Part shown: positions 63,951 to 64,000 of the stretch, piece after piece
Layout of the letters: every line of letters begins with the position of its first letter
How positions within the stretch are numbered: the stretch's first letter is position 1
Source: Octopus bimaculoides
Lineage: Eukaryota
Assembly (NCBI RefSeq): GCF_001194135.2
Contig: NC_068989.1
Span: 15,544,475-15,608,474 of the forward strand
Reading direction: 5' to 3'
Length of the DNA: 64,000 bases
Made by a program: the position numbers and the translations under genes
Notes under the pieces: generated by a model
The model's input: the letters and a program-made list of their open reading frames with translations, nothing else
The model's database searches: none
Told to the model about the DNA's origin: nothing

Positions 63951-64000
63951 AAATGGTTTATACACCTATGTATGTATATATGTGCATACGTATATATATA

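Overview
AT-rich eukaryotic genomic DNA with many N-gaps and very dense microsatellites. The repeat families resemble those I associate with coleoid cephalopods (Octopus-like); this is recognition, not a database result. I find no intact protein-coding gene, and nearly all ORFs in the track are microsatellite, SINE or transposon artefacts. The window holds dozens of copies of four tRNA-derived SINE families (named F1-F4 here). It also holds decayed non-LTR retrotransposons (Tx1/L1, RTE, R4/Dong-like), a Gypsy pol relic, three Tc1/mariner derivatives, a hAT-like MITE and a Penelope-like element (GIY-YIG). An intron-containing tRNA-Leu(CAA) relic and a 5S rRNA relic are present. The most interesting signals: (1) several hammerhead-ribozyme folds in Penelope-type repeats with inverted tails, one carrying a tRNA-like Pol III head (candidate Penelope-mobilised, ribozyme-bearing SINE); (2) both Pol III gene relics sit about 10 nt upstream of an F1 SINE head on the same strand; (3) modular SINE/LINE tail sharing and a repeated RTE-SINE composite.
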